DNA of 64,000 nucleotides from a virus, in the IMG/VR virus record IMGVR_UViG_3300010399_000004, positions 1 to 64,000 of that record; one strand, 5' to 3'. The position numbers were made by a program, and so were the translations under genes. Each line of letters opens with the position of its first letter. The stretch's first letter is position 1. This document shows positions 19,804 to 29,559 of this stretch, piece by piece. A model generated the notes under the pieces. That model saw only the letters and a list, made by a program, of their open reading frames with translations. It was not told where the DNA came from and did no database searches.

Positions 19804-20175
19804 ATGAAAAAGTGGAGCCAGAAGAAAACGGACCAACTTATTCGGGATGCGGGGCGGATATCCTGGAGCGTAGAGGAAATGAACCTCGCCTTCCTGATTG
19901 TTCCCGAAATTTCGTTAAAGCCCACCAAACAATTCCTTTGTATGAGACTGATAAAATACCTGCTGAGAATGATTTTCCTTCTCCCCTTTTGCATTCTGTT
20001 CCTGGTGTTTGCGGATGCGATGTATTGGTTCTTTATGTGGTTTTGGGAAGGAGGCTATGAGGGACCCCGGCGGGAGACGCATCAAAGAATTCTTTGGGAA
20101 ATCCGGGATGCGCAGAAAGAAACCAAAAAGGCATTGGTATCTATTTTTCAAATCAAAGCAGAGCATTTGAAATAA
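19804..20175 (+). CDS. Membrane protein
   Basis: Central hydrophobic segment. Confidence 0.45.
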   Translation: MKKWSQKKTDQLIRDAGRISWSVEEMNLAFLIVPEISLKPTKQFLCMRLIKYLLRMIFLLPFCILFLVFADAMYWFFMWFWEGGYEGPRRETHQRILWEIRDAQKETKKALVSIFQIKAEHLK

Positions 20176-20819
20176 TGAATCCAGATATCAAATATGGGCC
20201 GGGGGGAGTCGTAAGCTGTGAGAAGTTTTTATGTTCCAAGCATCTTGGTCACGCGCGACTGACGCAATCGCAATGGGAGCTTCTTGTAAATACCTGCCGG
20301 GGTAAATATACTATAGATTGGGGGGCCGGACCGCATCTGGAGTTATCAAAGGGGATTATGGAGTTGCCAAGTAAGGATCGCCCACTTCTCCTGATTGCAA
20401 TTGAGCCTAAGCCTTGCGTAAATGGGGGATGGTGGATTACCCGGAAGTATGACGGGAAGTTTGGGATGATGAAGAAATACGCTGGTTATGTTTTGCCAAA
20501 GCCTCACGGGGTATCTATTCTCTCCTGGCCCCCGAATAACGGTAGATTTGTGTGGGAGATAATTCCACATTTGGAGGTAGCAGGAAAAGTTATTCTCATC
20601 GGGCAGGAAATAGAGGGAACCGTTGTAGGGCTGCCAAGCTTATGGGAATATTTGCGGGGGAGGGAATTACTCCGCTGCATTCGCTCCTTTTCTTCCAAGC
20701 AGTTCATTGCTGTATATGGAGCACCATTTACCCGCCGATTCTCCAAGAGGGGAAGGTTCCTCGAAGAACGGGCTGGATTAACTGGTAAACTAATGCAATG
20801 GTCGGACACTGTGAAATAA
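20175..20819 (+). CDS. Possible SAM-dependent methyltransferase-fold protein
   Basis: TIDWGAG...IAIEPK...ILSWPPN...VILIG. Confidence 0.45.
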   Translation: MNPDIKYGPGGVVSCEKFLCSKHLGHARLTQSQWELLVNTCRGKYTIDWGAGPHLELSKGIMELPSKDRPLLLIAIEPKPCVNGGWWITRKYDGKFGMMKKYAGYVLPKPHGVSILSWPPNNGRFVWEIIPHLEVAGKVILIGQEIEGTVVGLPSLWEYLRGRELLRCIRSFSSKQFIAVYGAPFTRRFSKRGRFLEERAGLTGKLMQWSDTVK

Positions 20820-20825
20820 CTTTTT

Positions 20826-21101
20826 ATGTCTGAATGTTCACCTTTACTAAGGGAGCACCTAATGCGCGCCCCTTCTGATGCAGTAAGAGAGCGCCTTTGT
20901 CATCAATGGGTATCGGCCGCGGCTTCTCATTCTATCGTTTGCAGGTGCGGTGCGGAGCATAAGATATGGGAGGGGGCTATCCGTTGTCTATATTGCGGGG
21001 AGTGGTTTTGTATATCCTGCGCTGAATCTCATTATGGGCAAACGGTGCGCGAGTGGTCCGCCTCTAAAACGGAAGAGGCGAAGATCGCTTCCTGCAAATG
21101 A
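20826..21101 (+). CDS. Small zinc-binding protein
   Basis: CRCG...RCLYCGEWFCISCAESHYG. Confidence 0.6.
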   Translation: MSECSPLLREHLMRAPSDAVRERLCHQWVSAAASHSIVCRCGAEHKIWEGAIRCLYCGEWFCISCAESHYGQTVREWSASKTEEAKIASCK

Positions 21102-21405
21102 AATATATACTTGCAAAGTATCTATTTTAGGTTAATTTATGTTTGAAAACTTTTCAAAAGCATGAACACAAAACTAAATGAAGAAGACGGTTGGGAAGAT
21201 GATGGTATTCCTTTGAAAGGAGACTGGACATGATTGCATTCGGAATTTTTTTCATTTTGATCGGGATCTCTGGGATTTTTGGCGGTCTTCACGAATGGGA
21301 GGAGCTTCTTGCTACGGTTATTTGTATTGTCATCGGGGCAGTTATTCTTACCTATTACTGGAGATGATAATTTTTCGGTCAAACAAAATAAAACAACAAA
21401 CATAC

Positions 21406-21957
21406 ATGAAAACAAAAAACAGATTCCTTTCTATTCTTTCAGCTATCGCTTGCCTCGCGATTTCCCCCGCCTTTACGGGATGCGAAAGCACTGCCGGGGG
21501 AGGAACAGGGTATGCTCCCAAACCGGAGTCGGTGGAAGTGGGTATTGAACTCCTTACCTCCAAAGCCCTTTCCGGAGCCAAGACGCTGGAGAAATATAAC
21601 AAGCAGAAGGAACGGGCGGGGCAGGTAGCGGATGCACTTACGAAGATCACAACGGATGGGCTGGCCCTTACGGATGTTCTCGCTATCCTGTCTCGGCAAT
21701 TCTCCAATGATCCGGATGCGGATTTGTATATCCGCTTTGCAGCCTCCTTCCTGCCAACTCAGTTTGGAACAATTACCCTGCGGAACAAATACCTGGAAGC
21801 TGCATCCAAAGGTTTAACCGCGGGGATTGCGCGGAGTTCTCCTCCAGCCGTAGTTGTGGCGCAGTATATCAATCAACGAGAATCTACAAATATCCGAGTC
21901 CCATCCAGCGAACAGGATGCTCGCCCTTCTCAATGGCTGGTGTCCGTTAATTTCTGA
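21406..21957 (+). CDS. Lipoprotein
   Basis: MKTKNRFLSILSAIACLAISPAFTG-C signal peptide with lipobox. Confidence 0.7.
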   Translation: MKTKNRFLSILSAIACLAISPAFTGCESTAGGGTGYAPKPESVEVGIELLTSKALSGAKTLEKYNKQKERAGQVADALTKITTDGLALTDVLAILSRQFSNDPDADLYIRFAASFLPTQFGTITLRNKYLEAASKGLTAGIARSSPPAVVVAQYINQRESTNIRVPSSEQDARPSQWLVSVNF

Positions 21958-22228
21958 AATGCTTTGTTCAATATCTGCCGCCCGGCCAGATATTATTACG
22001 GGGAAAAGTCCGGGAGCTAAAACAATGAGCATGTTTTCATTTTTGGGGTGGAATGGGAAGAAAAGAGAATTGGATTGCATTCGTTGTCCGCGGTGCAAAA
22101 ACTTATTCTGGATAGAGAATGCTTCGATTGAATTGCCCCATTGCTGTTGTTATTGCGGGGTGAGATTTGAAGGATCAAGAAAAGTATCCAACAAAGAAAT
22201 GAATGAGTTGGAGAAGGAGGGGTAAAAA

Positions 22229-22579
22229 ATGAAAACTGCTCCCCCGCCTTCTGCCACACAGGGATTGCTTTTCGATCAGCCCCAAAGCGGGGAGTTATCC
22301 ATAGGAGCACGGAGGGCACATTCCGGAAGGATCATGGAATCAATCATTTGCAGGGGCATGGACCTTGTTCCGGGGTCGCAGGATAGGGGCGAGGGATATA
22401 GCAGAGAAGGATACCGGGAAGGATACCGCAACCTGAGCATCAAGACTGTGAAAGCGCTGGCGGACATTCAAACGATAGCGTTCTCCGGAGTAATGAATGG
22501 AGTAGAGTTCAATTTTTGGTTAAGAAGTTCTATGGCCGCCCTCCCTTTTATAGACCATTTGGGCTGGATGGCATTTTGA
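22229..22579 (+). CDS. Hypothetical protein
   Basis: ORF whose stop codon lies in a palindrome copy. Confidence 0.55.
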   Translation: MKTAPPPSATQGLLFDQPQSGELSIGARRAHSGRIMESIICRGMDLVPGSQDRGEGYSREGYREGYRNLSIKTVKALADIQTIAFSGVMNGVEFNFWLRSSMAALPFIDHLGWMAF

Positions 22580-22696
22580 AAACTTTTCAAATTTCATTTG
22601 AATTTTGTCCAATGTAATTTATTACTGCGGGTAACAGCACGGGGTCTCCGGCTGGATGAGACACAATCCCTCTCCTCCGCCCCCGGCGAAAAGTTA

Positions 22697-22738
22697 AACC
22701 CTTTCGATACATCAAATGGTCGGAAGGGTTTTTCTTTT
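22697..22738 (+). terminator. Terminator-like hairpin
   Basis: AACCCTTTCGA...TCGGAAGGGTT followed by TTTCTTTT. Confidence 0.6.
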
Positions 22739-22779
22739 GGGAATTTACTTTCGGGGGTAATAAGGAATACTACCCAATC

Positions 22780-23373
22780 ATGCTCACTATTAAACGCCTT
22801 CCCAGAACAGTAGAGACTCTTCCCGAAGCTCATACGGCTTTCCTATATATACGGGAATCGGACGATGCTATTATGGTGCGTAAAGCAGATGGATCGGAGG
22901 AATCGTTGACTATTGGGGATGTGGTGGAGATTGCCCGCCAGTTAGCTATCGTAGAAGCTTGTCCGGTAGGAACAATACGTATCCATGCTGGCGCCCTTCC
23001 TCCCGGTTGCTATGATTGCGACGGGTCTGCTAAATCCCGTGCGGTTAACGTGGAGTTGTATGGCGCCATCGGAACCGTGTTTGGTGTGGGGGATGGATCG
23101 ACTACTTTCAATATCCCCGATTTGCGGGATAAGTTCCCCGTGGGGATTGGGACAACGTATGATTTAGGAGAAACGGGGGGCGCAGCTACTCATGCTCTTA
23201 CAGGGGCAGAAGTTCCAGCGCTGACTACAGGGACTGATCTTTCTACCGGAGGGGCCGTAGCCTATGCCACGGGGGCCTATGGGGCCGATGGGGCTGCACA
23301 TAATAATCTTCCCCCTTATTTGGGAGTTCGATTCATTATTCGGGCCGTAGGGACGGGAGTTGTCCCAGAGTAA
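22780..23373 (+). CDS. Tail-collar domain protein
   Basis: PVGTI...CDGSAKSR...LYGAIGTVFGVGDGSTTFNIPDLR...HNNLPPY. Confidence 0.85.
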   Translation: MLTIKRLPRTVETLPEAHTAFLYIRESDDAIMVRKADGSEESLTIGDVVEIARQLAIVEACPVGTIRIHAGALPPGCYDCDGSAKSRAVNVELYGAIGTVFGVGDGSTTFNIPDLRDKFPVGIGTTYDLGETGGAATHALTGAEVPALTTGTDLSTGGAVAYATGAYGADGAAHNNLPPYLGVRFIIRAVGTGVVPE

Positions 23374-23375
23374 AA

Positions 23376-23951
23376 TCAGAAATCGGGTTTGATTCTCCGT
23401 AATAAAGGCTGAACAGGGGTATAAACTTGAAGCCTTGCTTCATGCACCGCATTTGTTATAGCCATTGGTAACACAGATGATTTCGGCACATTGACTTGGC
23501 CGCGGGGGGCAAATTTCTTGAGGAATATTTCGATTACGGGCCGGCGGATAATGTAAGCAAAGGTATGGATTGATCCGAAAGGAAGCACAATCCAGTCGGT
23601 TCCGATTACTCGCATAGCGTTTGCCGGGGCCTGCCCTCCCCGTAAAACTATTTGCCCCCAGGGAAGGTGCTGCAAAGTTGAAAACATTTGCCCCGCCTTC
23701 TGGTGCCAGTCTTCTACGGCAGGAATGCAATTGTCCTGGAGAATAATAACTGACGTTTTTCGGTCGTCGTAGGCTTCTTGCATGGCCGCGATGTGATGAT
23801 GGAAGAGGGTTAAAGCATTTTCCGCTGGAGGGACTGGAAGCATTCTACGCTGATCCTCGTTGAAGGCCGACAGCAACGGCCAAGTAGAAAGGACCGGTGT
23901 ATGCCGGACGGGGACAATGATGAGCCGGGAGAAGTCTGGAAGTGTGTGCAT
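23376..23951 (-). CDS. Possible GT25-like glycosyltransferase (divergent)
   Basis: HHIAAMQEAY...VIILQDN...IHTFAYII resembles the GT25 SH...ILEDD...AY pattern. Confidence 0.4.
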   Translation of the reverse strand: MHTLPDFSRLIIVPVRHTPVLSTWPLLSAFNEDQRRMLPVPPAENALTLFHHHIAAMQEAYDDRKTSVIILQDNCIPAVEDWHQKAGQMFSTLQHLPWGQIVLRGGQAPANAMRVIGTDWIVLPFGSIHTFAYIIRRPVIEIFLKKFAPRGQVNVPKSSVLPMAITNAVHEARLQVYTPVQPLLRRIKPDF

Positions 23952-24045
23952 TCCCCATCCTACGAAAGATTTTTAGGGGATAAAAGGAAAAAGTGAAAAT
24001 TTCGCTTGCAAAAGAAGTATTTTGCCTTAGAATTCATTCATATTC

Positions 24046-24291
24046 ATGAGCAAGCATAGAATCATACTCCGAACAGTAACAATATCTGAAATCGGTCATC
24101 TTGATGGATGGCTTTACAGAGAGCAGGGTATCAAGTATAAAACGGCCATCGGAGCATTCATGGGGATTCGTCGCAGATTTACCAGCATGGCAAAGGATTG
24201 TCCTGATGCTGTCATCGTGACCGTTGTTTCTTGGGTGCCGAGGACTTCCGCCGGAAGATTGCTTGTTCAAGCCATCACTGACAGATCGTAG
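24046..24291 (+). CDS. Hypothetical protein
   Basis: Follows promoter TTGCAA (24006), 16 nt, TAGAAT. Confidence 0.55.
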   Translation: MSKHRIILRTVTISEIGHLDGWLYREQGIKYKTAIGAFMGIRRRFTSMAKDCPDAVIVTVVSWVPRTSAGRLLVQAITDRS

Positions 24292-24309
24292 TTTGAAAAC
24301 TTTTCAAAA

Positions 24310-24582
24310 ATGAAACCCGTCTTTTACATATTCACTCAAGCATCGAAAAATGAATTTCGGATCAGAACGGATTCAAGGCAATATTATCCTTCTCTGAGTC
24401 ATAGTAAAGGCAATACGGTAAAAACGCATCGGGCTGATGTTATGATTGTTATGCAGAACGGGATGTTCATGGTGATCAAAGATAGGTCCGCTCATTTTCT
24501 TAGCAAAACAGGAGACGTAAGGGAAATACCCGCCCTTCTTACTGAGATCAATGAATTCTATTTGAAAACTTTTCAAAAATGA
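24310..24582 (+). CDS. Hypothetical protein
   Basis: ORF bracketed by two palindrome copies (24292 and 24561). Confidence 0.55.
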   Translation: MKPVFYIFTQASKNEFRIRTDSRQYYPSLSHSKGNTVKTHRADVMIVMQNGMFMVIKDRSAHFLSKTGDVREIPALLTEINEFYLKTFQK

Positions 24583-25295
24583 AACTGCTCAAAGCCCCCA
24601 ATACTTATAAGCCCGGCACCTACGGGGGCTGGATTCTTTCTATGTCGGAATCCAAGAGCAATCATATCCTGCCCAGCTACTACTCTGGAATGGTAAAGCC
24701 TAAAGGATTTATTCCCACGCTGCACGATAAGGATGGTCTGCTTTGGATGTCAGTAACGGTTATGGAGTTGGAGTCTCAGTTTCACCACAACGCAAATGCA
24801 TTCGGAGACGTGATAGTTGCGGGGGCCGGACTATGCGTGCTCCCCTTCAACTTGCTCCAGAATCCCAAAGTGAATCACGTAACGATTCTGGAACGCTCTC
24901 CGGAGCTTTTTGATTCCTGGGGAGAACTTGTGGGTCTGTCGCAATGGAAACGGAGCGACAAGCTGACGCTAATCAATGTGGACGCTTTGCAGTGGGAGGG
25001 GAAATGTGATGTATTGCTGGCGGATATCTGGCTGGAAATTGGGCATGAATCGTTGGAAGGGGATATGGAAACCTTTGTTCGCAGTATCAAGTTTAAGCGA
25101 ATGATGTGCTGGGGAGCGGAGATTGCCTTTATTCATTGGGCCACGCAACGGGGTATTAACGCTTTCACGACTAAGGAGCATCACGCAAAGGAATGGAGCC
25201 GCCAGACCGGGCATTATGTTTGGCCAGGATTTCACATAGACGCAACGAACGCAGCAACAACCGCCCTTACCGGCACAACTTATCCAAGAGCATGA
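24579..25295 (+). CDS. Class I SAM-dependent methyltransferase-like protein (spermidine-synthase-like)
   Basis: GDVIVAGAGL...VTILERSPEL...INVDAL...DVLLADIW. Confidence 0.7.
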   Translation: MKLLKAPNTYKPGTYGGWILSMSESKSNHILPSYYSGMVKPKGFIPTLHDKDGLLWMSVTVMELESQFHHNANAFGDVIVAGAGLCVLPFNLLQNPKVNHVTILERSPELFDSWGELVGLSQWKRSDKLTLINVDALQWEGKCDVLLADIWLEIGHESLEGDMETFVRSIKFKRMMCWGAEIAFIHWATQRGINAFTTKEHHAKEWSRQTGHYVWPGFHIDATNAATTALTGTTYPRA

Positions 25296-25553
25296 TTCCA
25301 ACAGAAGCACAACAGGAAGCCATCGAAGCAGAGGAAAAGCGGCAAAGAAGTTTGCCCCGAGGCTGGCATCCAATCAAAGAGCTTGTCATAAATAAAAAAG
25401 GCAATGGTAATTGGATTTGGTCTGTCTTTTGGTTCTATAGAAAAGGAGGGTCAAGCTGCGAGAGTGCTTTGGCCTGTAAATCCAAATTCGGGGCGGAAAT
25501 TCTGGCATGCATGCTTAACGATTCGGGGGTTAAACCTTATACATCCCATTAGC

Positions 25554-26183
25554 ATGAAACAGTTCAACCCACCTTCCCTTCCAGATATAGATGTTGACTG
25601 TCTGAAAATCATTGCCAAGCGGGGCAATCAGACTTTCCATTCATATCTGGACGATAGAATGTTTAGCGTGGCCGCGGCCTGGAATATTATTCTCAATGCA
25701 CCCCGCCGACCGCTTTGGGCGGATATTGAACCCCTCCTTCCCGTTCTGCTGGAAGCGGACATTGACCGGGAGTATGCGGAAAATGAATTGCATCCCGGTA
25801 TGGATACGGTTCCTGCTCTGGTGTATTTGGAAAAGAATGGGGAGGATCGCATCATTATTCTGGATGGCTGGCATCGTGTGTGGAATTGGTATAAACGGGG
25901 CGAGGATTGCTTACCCTGCTTTGTTTTGGAGCCGGGGGAAGCCGATGCTGCGGAGATTACAAGAGAACAGGGTGTAGCTCTTTGTTTGCCTTACCAGAAG
26001 GACTCAGAGACTCGTAATCATATGTCTCGTATCGTTTCTCGTAAGCTCAAAGCCGACCGCAGCGCGATTCATGAAATTATTTGCGGCGTTTTGGATGGGC
26101 AGGGAATATCCTGGGCAGCTACTACTGCAATCCGGAGAGGTATTGATCCCTATGCTTTGATTAATACATTGGCAAGCATCTAA
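25554..26183 (+). CDS. ParB/Srx-like domain protein
   Basis: PALVY...IILDGWHRV. Confidence 0.6.
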   Translation: MKQFNPPSLPDIDVDCLKIIAKRGNQTFHSYLDDRMFSVAAAWNIILNAPRRPLWADIEPLLPVLLEADIDREYAENELHPGMDTVPALVYLEKNGEDRIIILDGWHRVWNWYKRGEDCLPCFVLEPGEADAAEITREQGVALCLPYQKDSETRNHMSRIVSRKLKADRSAIHEIICGVLDGQGISWAATTAIRRGIDPYALINTLASI

Positions 26184-26189
26184 ATTTTT

Positions 26190-26582
26190 ATGGCTGATAT
26201 ACCTGAACTCTACCGCCGAATGGCGGAGTTAACTCTGTCGCACTGTCTCAAGTGCCCCACTAGATGCGCAACCAAGTGTTGCGATCCTGACTACTGTGCA
26301 ATGGTGCCCAAGATAGCCAATGAGCGGGGGGAGCCAGTGCCCGCTACTACAGGACACTCCACGTTGCCATATATGGGGCCGTCCGGTTGCGTAGCTCCCC
26401 CACACCTGCGCCCCCTTTGCACTCTGCATTTGTGCGATATCAACAGCGTGGGCTTTATTCGTAAACCAGCAGACAAAACGGGCCGAAAGGGGCCGGTGGA
26501 CCTTGATGCCACTAACGATTACTTTGCACTTCGAGAAGAAATCAATGACGCAGAGTGCGCTAATGTGGAAAATATTATCTAA
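26190..26582 (+). CDS. Cys-rich metal-binding protein
   Basis: CLKC...C...CC...C...GC...RPLC...C. Confidence 0.6.
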   Translation: MADIPELYRRMAELTLSHCLKCPTRCATKCCDPDYCAMVPKIANERGEPVPATTGHSTLPYMGPSGCVAPPHLRPLCTLHLCDINSVGFIRKPADKTGRKGPVDLDATNDYFALREEINDAECANVENII

Positions 26583-26592
26583 GTTAAATATC

Positions 26593-27024
26593 ATGAAAAT
26601 CGAATCCATTTGGTTCAAACCTTCGTTCAATATTTCTTTTTCGGGGGAGGAGTTGCGGGTAATGATTCACGTTGCGAGTAATCATTACGATGGCACATGC
26701 CGCCGGACTGTTATGGAAGAATGGCCGGATGCGTTTTTATTGCAAGCTCAGAAAGCAGAGCAAAAGTTTCCTGGTGTGTCTTGTTCTTATTCCTGGAGAG
26801 ACCTAGATTTGTTGGCCAAGATTCTTACAATTATAAATCATGGATGCTTGGAAAGTGAAGCGGACCGTAGACTGGCGGGAGAGCTTTATGCTAAGATCAG
26901 CGGATTGATTCGGGAGCACAAAGTCATATCCGCTGAGGATTTGAAAAGTTTTCAAATCAAAGCAATAAGGGGAACTCAGAACCCCGCCGAGGCTATACAT
27001 ATAATCAAAGGATTGAATCCATGA
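26593..27024 (+). CDS. Hypothetical protein
   Basis: ORF; contains HYDGTC. Confidence 0.55.
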   Translation: MKIESIWFKPSFNISFSGEELRVMIHVASNHYDGTCRRTVMEEWPDAFLLQAQKAEQKFPGVSCSYSWRDLDLLAKILTIINHGCLESEADRRLAGELYAKISGLIREHKVISAEDLKSFQIKAIRGTQNPAEAIHIIKGLNP

Positions 27025-27557
27025 CTGAGCCAGAAGTAAGAGAACGATTACTGGCCGCTCGCCGGGCAGAACTTGAAAAGGCTGCTATCGCTTACGAGTT
27101 TCACGCTGCTTCTATTGACCGGGGAAAGCATTCCGTAATACTGGAGAAGCTTTTGGCCACGGCCTACGAATATGGGGCAGCGTATAGAACCCGATTGGGG
27201 ACTCCGTGCGATAACTGTCCGTGGGTTAGCGAGGTGGGAAGGAAGGTATTTAATAAGGAGGTAAAGGAAGCGGCGCGGCGGGGGGATGACTTTGTATGCC
27301 AGGGGCAAATGACAAGATGCTGGGGGGCTTTCCTATATGGCTTGGAATTACCTGCCCCCGCTTCCAAAGGTATGAGCATACTGGACCTGGCCGGGGCCGC
27401 AGAGGCTATAGGCGCAGCGCATGGGGACTTGGAAGTAGAATGCCGGGGAAGTGATGGAGAACCGGCCCCTCTTCTGGATATAAGAGCGGAGCGTAGAAAG
27501 GACGGGAAGAAGGGTGCAAAGGTTGTTTTGTTCCTGGATAGCGAATTGCCCGATTAA
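27021..27557 (+). CDS. Hypothetical protein
   Basis: PCDNCPW...FVC...CWGA; ATGA-coupled. Confidence 0.55.
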   Translation: MTEPEVRERLLAARRAELEKAAIAYEFHAASIDRGKHSVILEKLLATAYEYGAAYRTRLGTPCDNCPWVSEVGRKVFNKEVKEAARRGDDFVCQGQMTRCWGAFLYGLELPAPASKGMSILDLAGAAEAIGAAHGDLEVECRGSDGEPAPLLDIRAERRKDGKKGAKVVLFLDSELPD

Positions 27558-27601
27558 AAATTTCCCCTTGCAAAAAATCCATTCTCACTTAATATATTCG
27601 T

Positions 27602-27880
27602 ATGTTTAAAGGATTCTATCACGGAGAAACAGAAAGCGGTCTGGCGCGGATACTTAGCCCGCGGGCCGATGGCCGTATTGTCTTTGTCCCTATTGATCGG
27701 ACTTCACGATTCCGGAAGGTAGCAGTAAAGAATCCGGAGAAGGACGGAGCCGTATCCCTAAAAGAATGGAAGCCGGGGGGCAAACCATGTCATTGTATTT
27801 TCGATGTAGAGGGATGGCTCAAAAACAAGGATGATATGAAGGGGTTTGATGAAGCTGTTTTCGGAAAGGATTACGTTTGA
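27602..27880 (+). CDS. Hypothetical protein
   Basis: Follows promoter TTGCAA (27568), 16 nt, TAATAT; stop codon inside a palindrome copy. Confidence 0.6.
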   Translation: MFKGFYHGETESGLARILSPRADGRIVFVPIDRTSRFRKVAVKNPEKDGAVSLKEWKPGGKPCHCIFDVEGWLKNKDDMKGFDEAVFGKDYV

Positions 27881-27904
27881 AAACTTTTCAAAAGACCAAT
27901 CATT

Positions 27905-28339
27905 ATGAATGCAGCCCTACGTCCCCCCCGCCGAACTCCGCCAGCAGCTTTAGCCGCCCTTCCCAAACCACCGCGGAGGGGAAGCCCGATAGCGCTGGAA
28001 GTTTACGCAGAGGAGATTCAGCCTGACATACAGCAGGAACCGGAACCGGGAATCTTCCCCCTTTGCGGGGGCCTTACGGTTTTTGTTCGCAGGAGTAACA
28101 GTCTGGTAGCCAACTTCTCCATGCAGGGGCAAATCGACTCCCCGGAGCACGCAGAATCGCTTGCAAAGGAAAAGCTGGGCGGGGAGATCAATCTTGTTTG
28201 CATCGCCGCGGTGCGCCCCGGAAACCCCAATCTGACGCTGCCCTACGTAGCCCGCCCTTCTGATCCTTTGGTTACAGAGTTGAAGGAATCGTTTCTACGA
28301 ATCAATGCGGCCTGCAATGCTTTGGGGTTTAAGAAATAA
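27905..28339 (+). CDS. Hypothetical protein with two PPRR motifs
   Basis: ORF after a palindrome copy. Confidence 0.55.
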   Translation: MNAALRPPRRTPPAALAALPKPPRRGSPIALEVYAEEIQPDIQQEPEPGIFPLCGGLTVFVRRSNSLVANFSMQGQIDSPEHAESLAKEKLGGEINLVCIAAVRPGNPNLTLPYVARPSDPLVTELKESFLRINAACNALGFKK

Positions 28340-28363
28340 GAGTGGCAAAAGAATGTCATTACA

Positions 28364-28600
28364 ATGAGTAATACAACATCAGACACACCACGCACCGATG
28401 CAGCCGCTGACTTTCCAGCAGGTCGGCATTGTGTTGATATTAATGTATCAAGAGCGCTAGAAAGAGAACTCTCTAGTCTGCGGGACGCGACAATGGCTCT
28501 GATGGAGTGGGCTTCTGGGCCCGGTGGAGACTCATCTGTTTTACACCGCATCATCGCACAGGCTACTGCCGCTTTAGATAAAAATTCTTCTCCAAGGTAA
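28364..28600 (+). CDS. Hypothetical protein
   Basis: SDTPRTDA...SRALEREL. Confidence 0.55.
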   Translation: MSNTTSDTPRTDAAADFPAGRHCVDINVSRALERELSSLRDATMALMEWASGPGGDSSVLHRIIAQATAALDKNSSPR

Positions 28601-28608
28601 AATGTAAA

Positions 28609-29112
28609 ATGAGTGTTTATGTTGATGGAGAAGAGAACAGCTTTCGTGGGATGAAAATGTCTCACATGGTTGCCGATACTCTGGACGAGTTACATACTAC
28701 GGCGGGGTATTTTACGCTAGATGGATTCAACACCATTGCTTACGTGATGGATGAAGAAAAACTTCCTTTGGACAAGTGGATTCACATAAGCCAGGGGGGA
28801 GTATTCGGAGAAGTATGGGAAAAGTTGTTTCAAGGCAGGGTGCCTATACCCATTTCCCTTTTGCAACTTAGGAACGCTTCCAACGATGTGCGCCATGCGG
28901 CCGGGCTTATTATTCTCTTCTTTGAAAAGACGGTGGAAGAGCGGGTGCCTATTTTCCTAAGAGAACCGGAGACACATCTTCATCCTGCGGAAGCGCGGTG
29001 CATAATGGGTATGATAAAAAAACTTCAATATTTCTGCGGAATTGCTTGCCGCGGGCCAAAGTTCGTCCCTAAACCGGTCCCAAAAGGCAGAAGATTGAAT
29101 CTTGAAGTTTGA
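28609..29112 (+). CDS. Chimeric protein: DUF4031-like start plus ABC/AAA-like EPExHLHP segment
   Basis: MSVYVD...MSHMVADTLDELH, then IFLREPETHLHP. Confidence 0.5.
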   Translation: MSVYVDGEENSFRGMKMSHMVADTLDELHTTAGYFTLDGFNTIAYVMDEEKLPLDKWIHISQGGVFGEVWEKLFQGRVPIPISLLQLRNASNDVRHAAGLIILFFEKTVEERVPIFLREPETHLHPAEARCIMGMIKKLQYFCGIACRGPKFVPKPVPKGRRLNLEV

Positions 29113-29127
29113 AAACTTTTCAAATCT

Positions 29128-29559
29128 ATGAATAAAGAAGATTGCCCGGATTGCGGGGGGACTGGATATCAATTCTTCCCTACTGTGAATCCAAAAGTTT
29201 CGGGGACTCACGCGTGTAAAACCTGCAAAGGGCAATCAGGTAAGGATTCAGTAGTGAAGAATCAACTGGCCCCAGCCCCTTCTATAGGAGGATTGAATCC
29301 CGGCCGTGTTGCGCAGCTTGTTCATGAATTCAAAATAGAAGTATGGAGATTGAAAGGAAGCATTGAACTGGATACCTGCGGCTGGTATGCTCTTATCTTT
29401 GGATGGACTTTGGCGCAGGGGGAAGATTTTGACGATTGCATAGCCCTGGCGGAATACATACATGAAAACCTATTAAAACAATGCTCTACTCCAAATCAGA
29501 ATGCGCAGAAGCCAGGAAAGAATGGGAAACTTCCGGAGGGCGAGGCTGGAAGTCTATGA
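29128..29559 (+). CDS. Protein with CxxCxGxG zinc finger
   Basis: CPDCGGTG...CKTCKGQ. Confidence 0.5.
   Translation: MNKEDCPDCGGTGYQFFPTVNPKVSGTHACKTCKGQSGKDSVVKNQLAPAPSIGGLNPGRVAQLVHEFKIEVWRLKGSIELDTCGWYALIFGWTLAQGEDFDDCIALAEYIHENLLKQCSTPNQNAQKPGKNGKLPEGEAGSL

Noticed and set aside
21139-21233. Tiny ORFs reading through the palindrome (MFENFSKA*) and MKSFQ/MKTFQ-starting ORFs in the track
   Set aside because: They arise from the TTG/ATG at the repeat, with no independent support for translation.
22640-22695. Possible hammerhead ribozyme (CTGGATGAG...CGAAA)
   Set aside because: The core is not CUGAUGA and stem II cannot be formed convincingly. Kept only as an unassigned structured interval.
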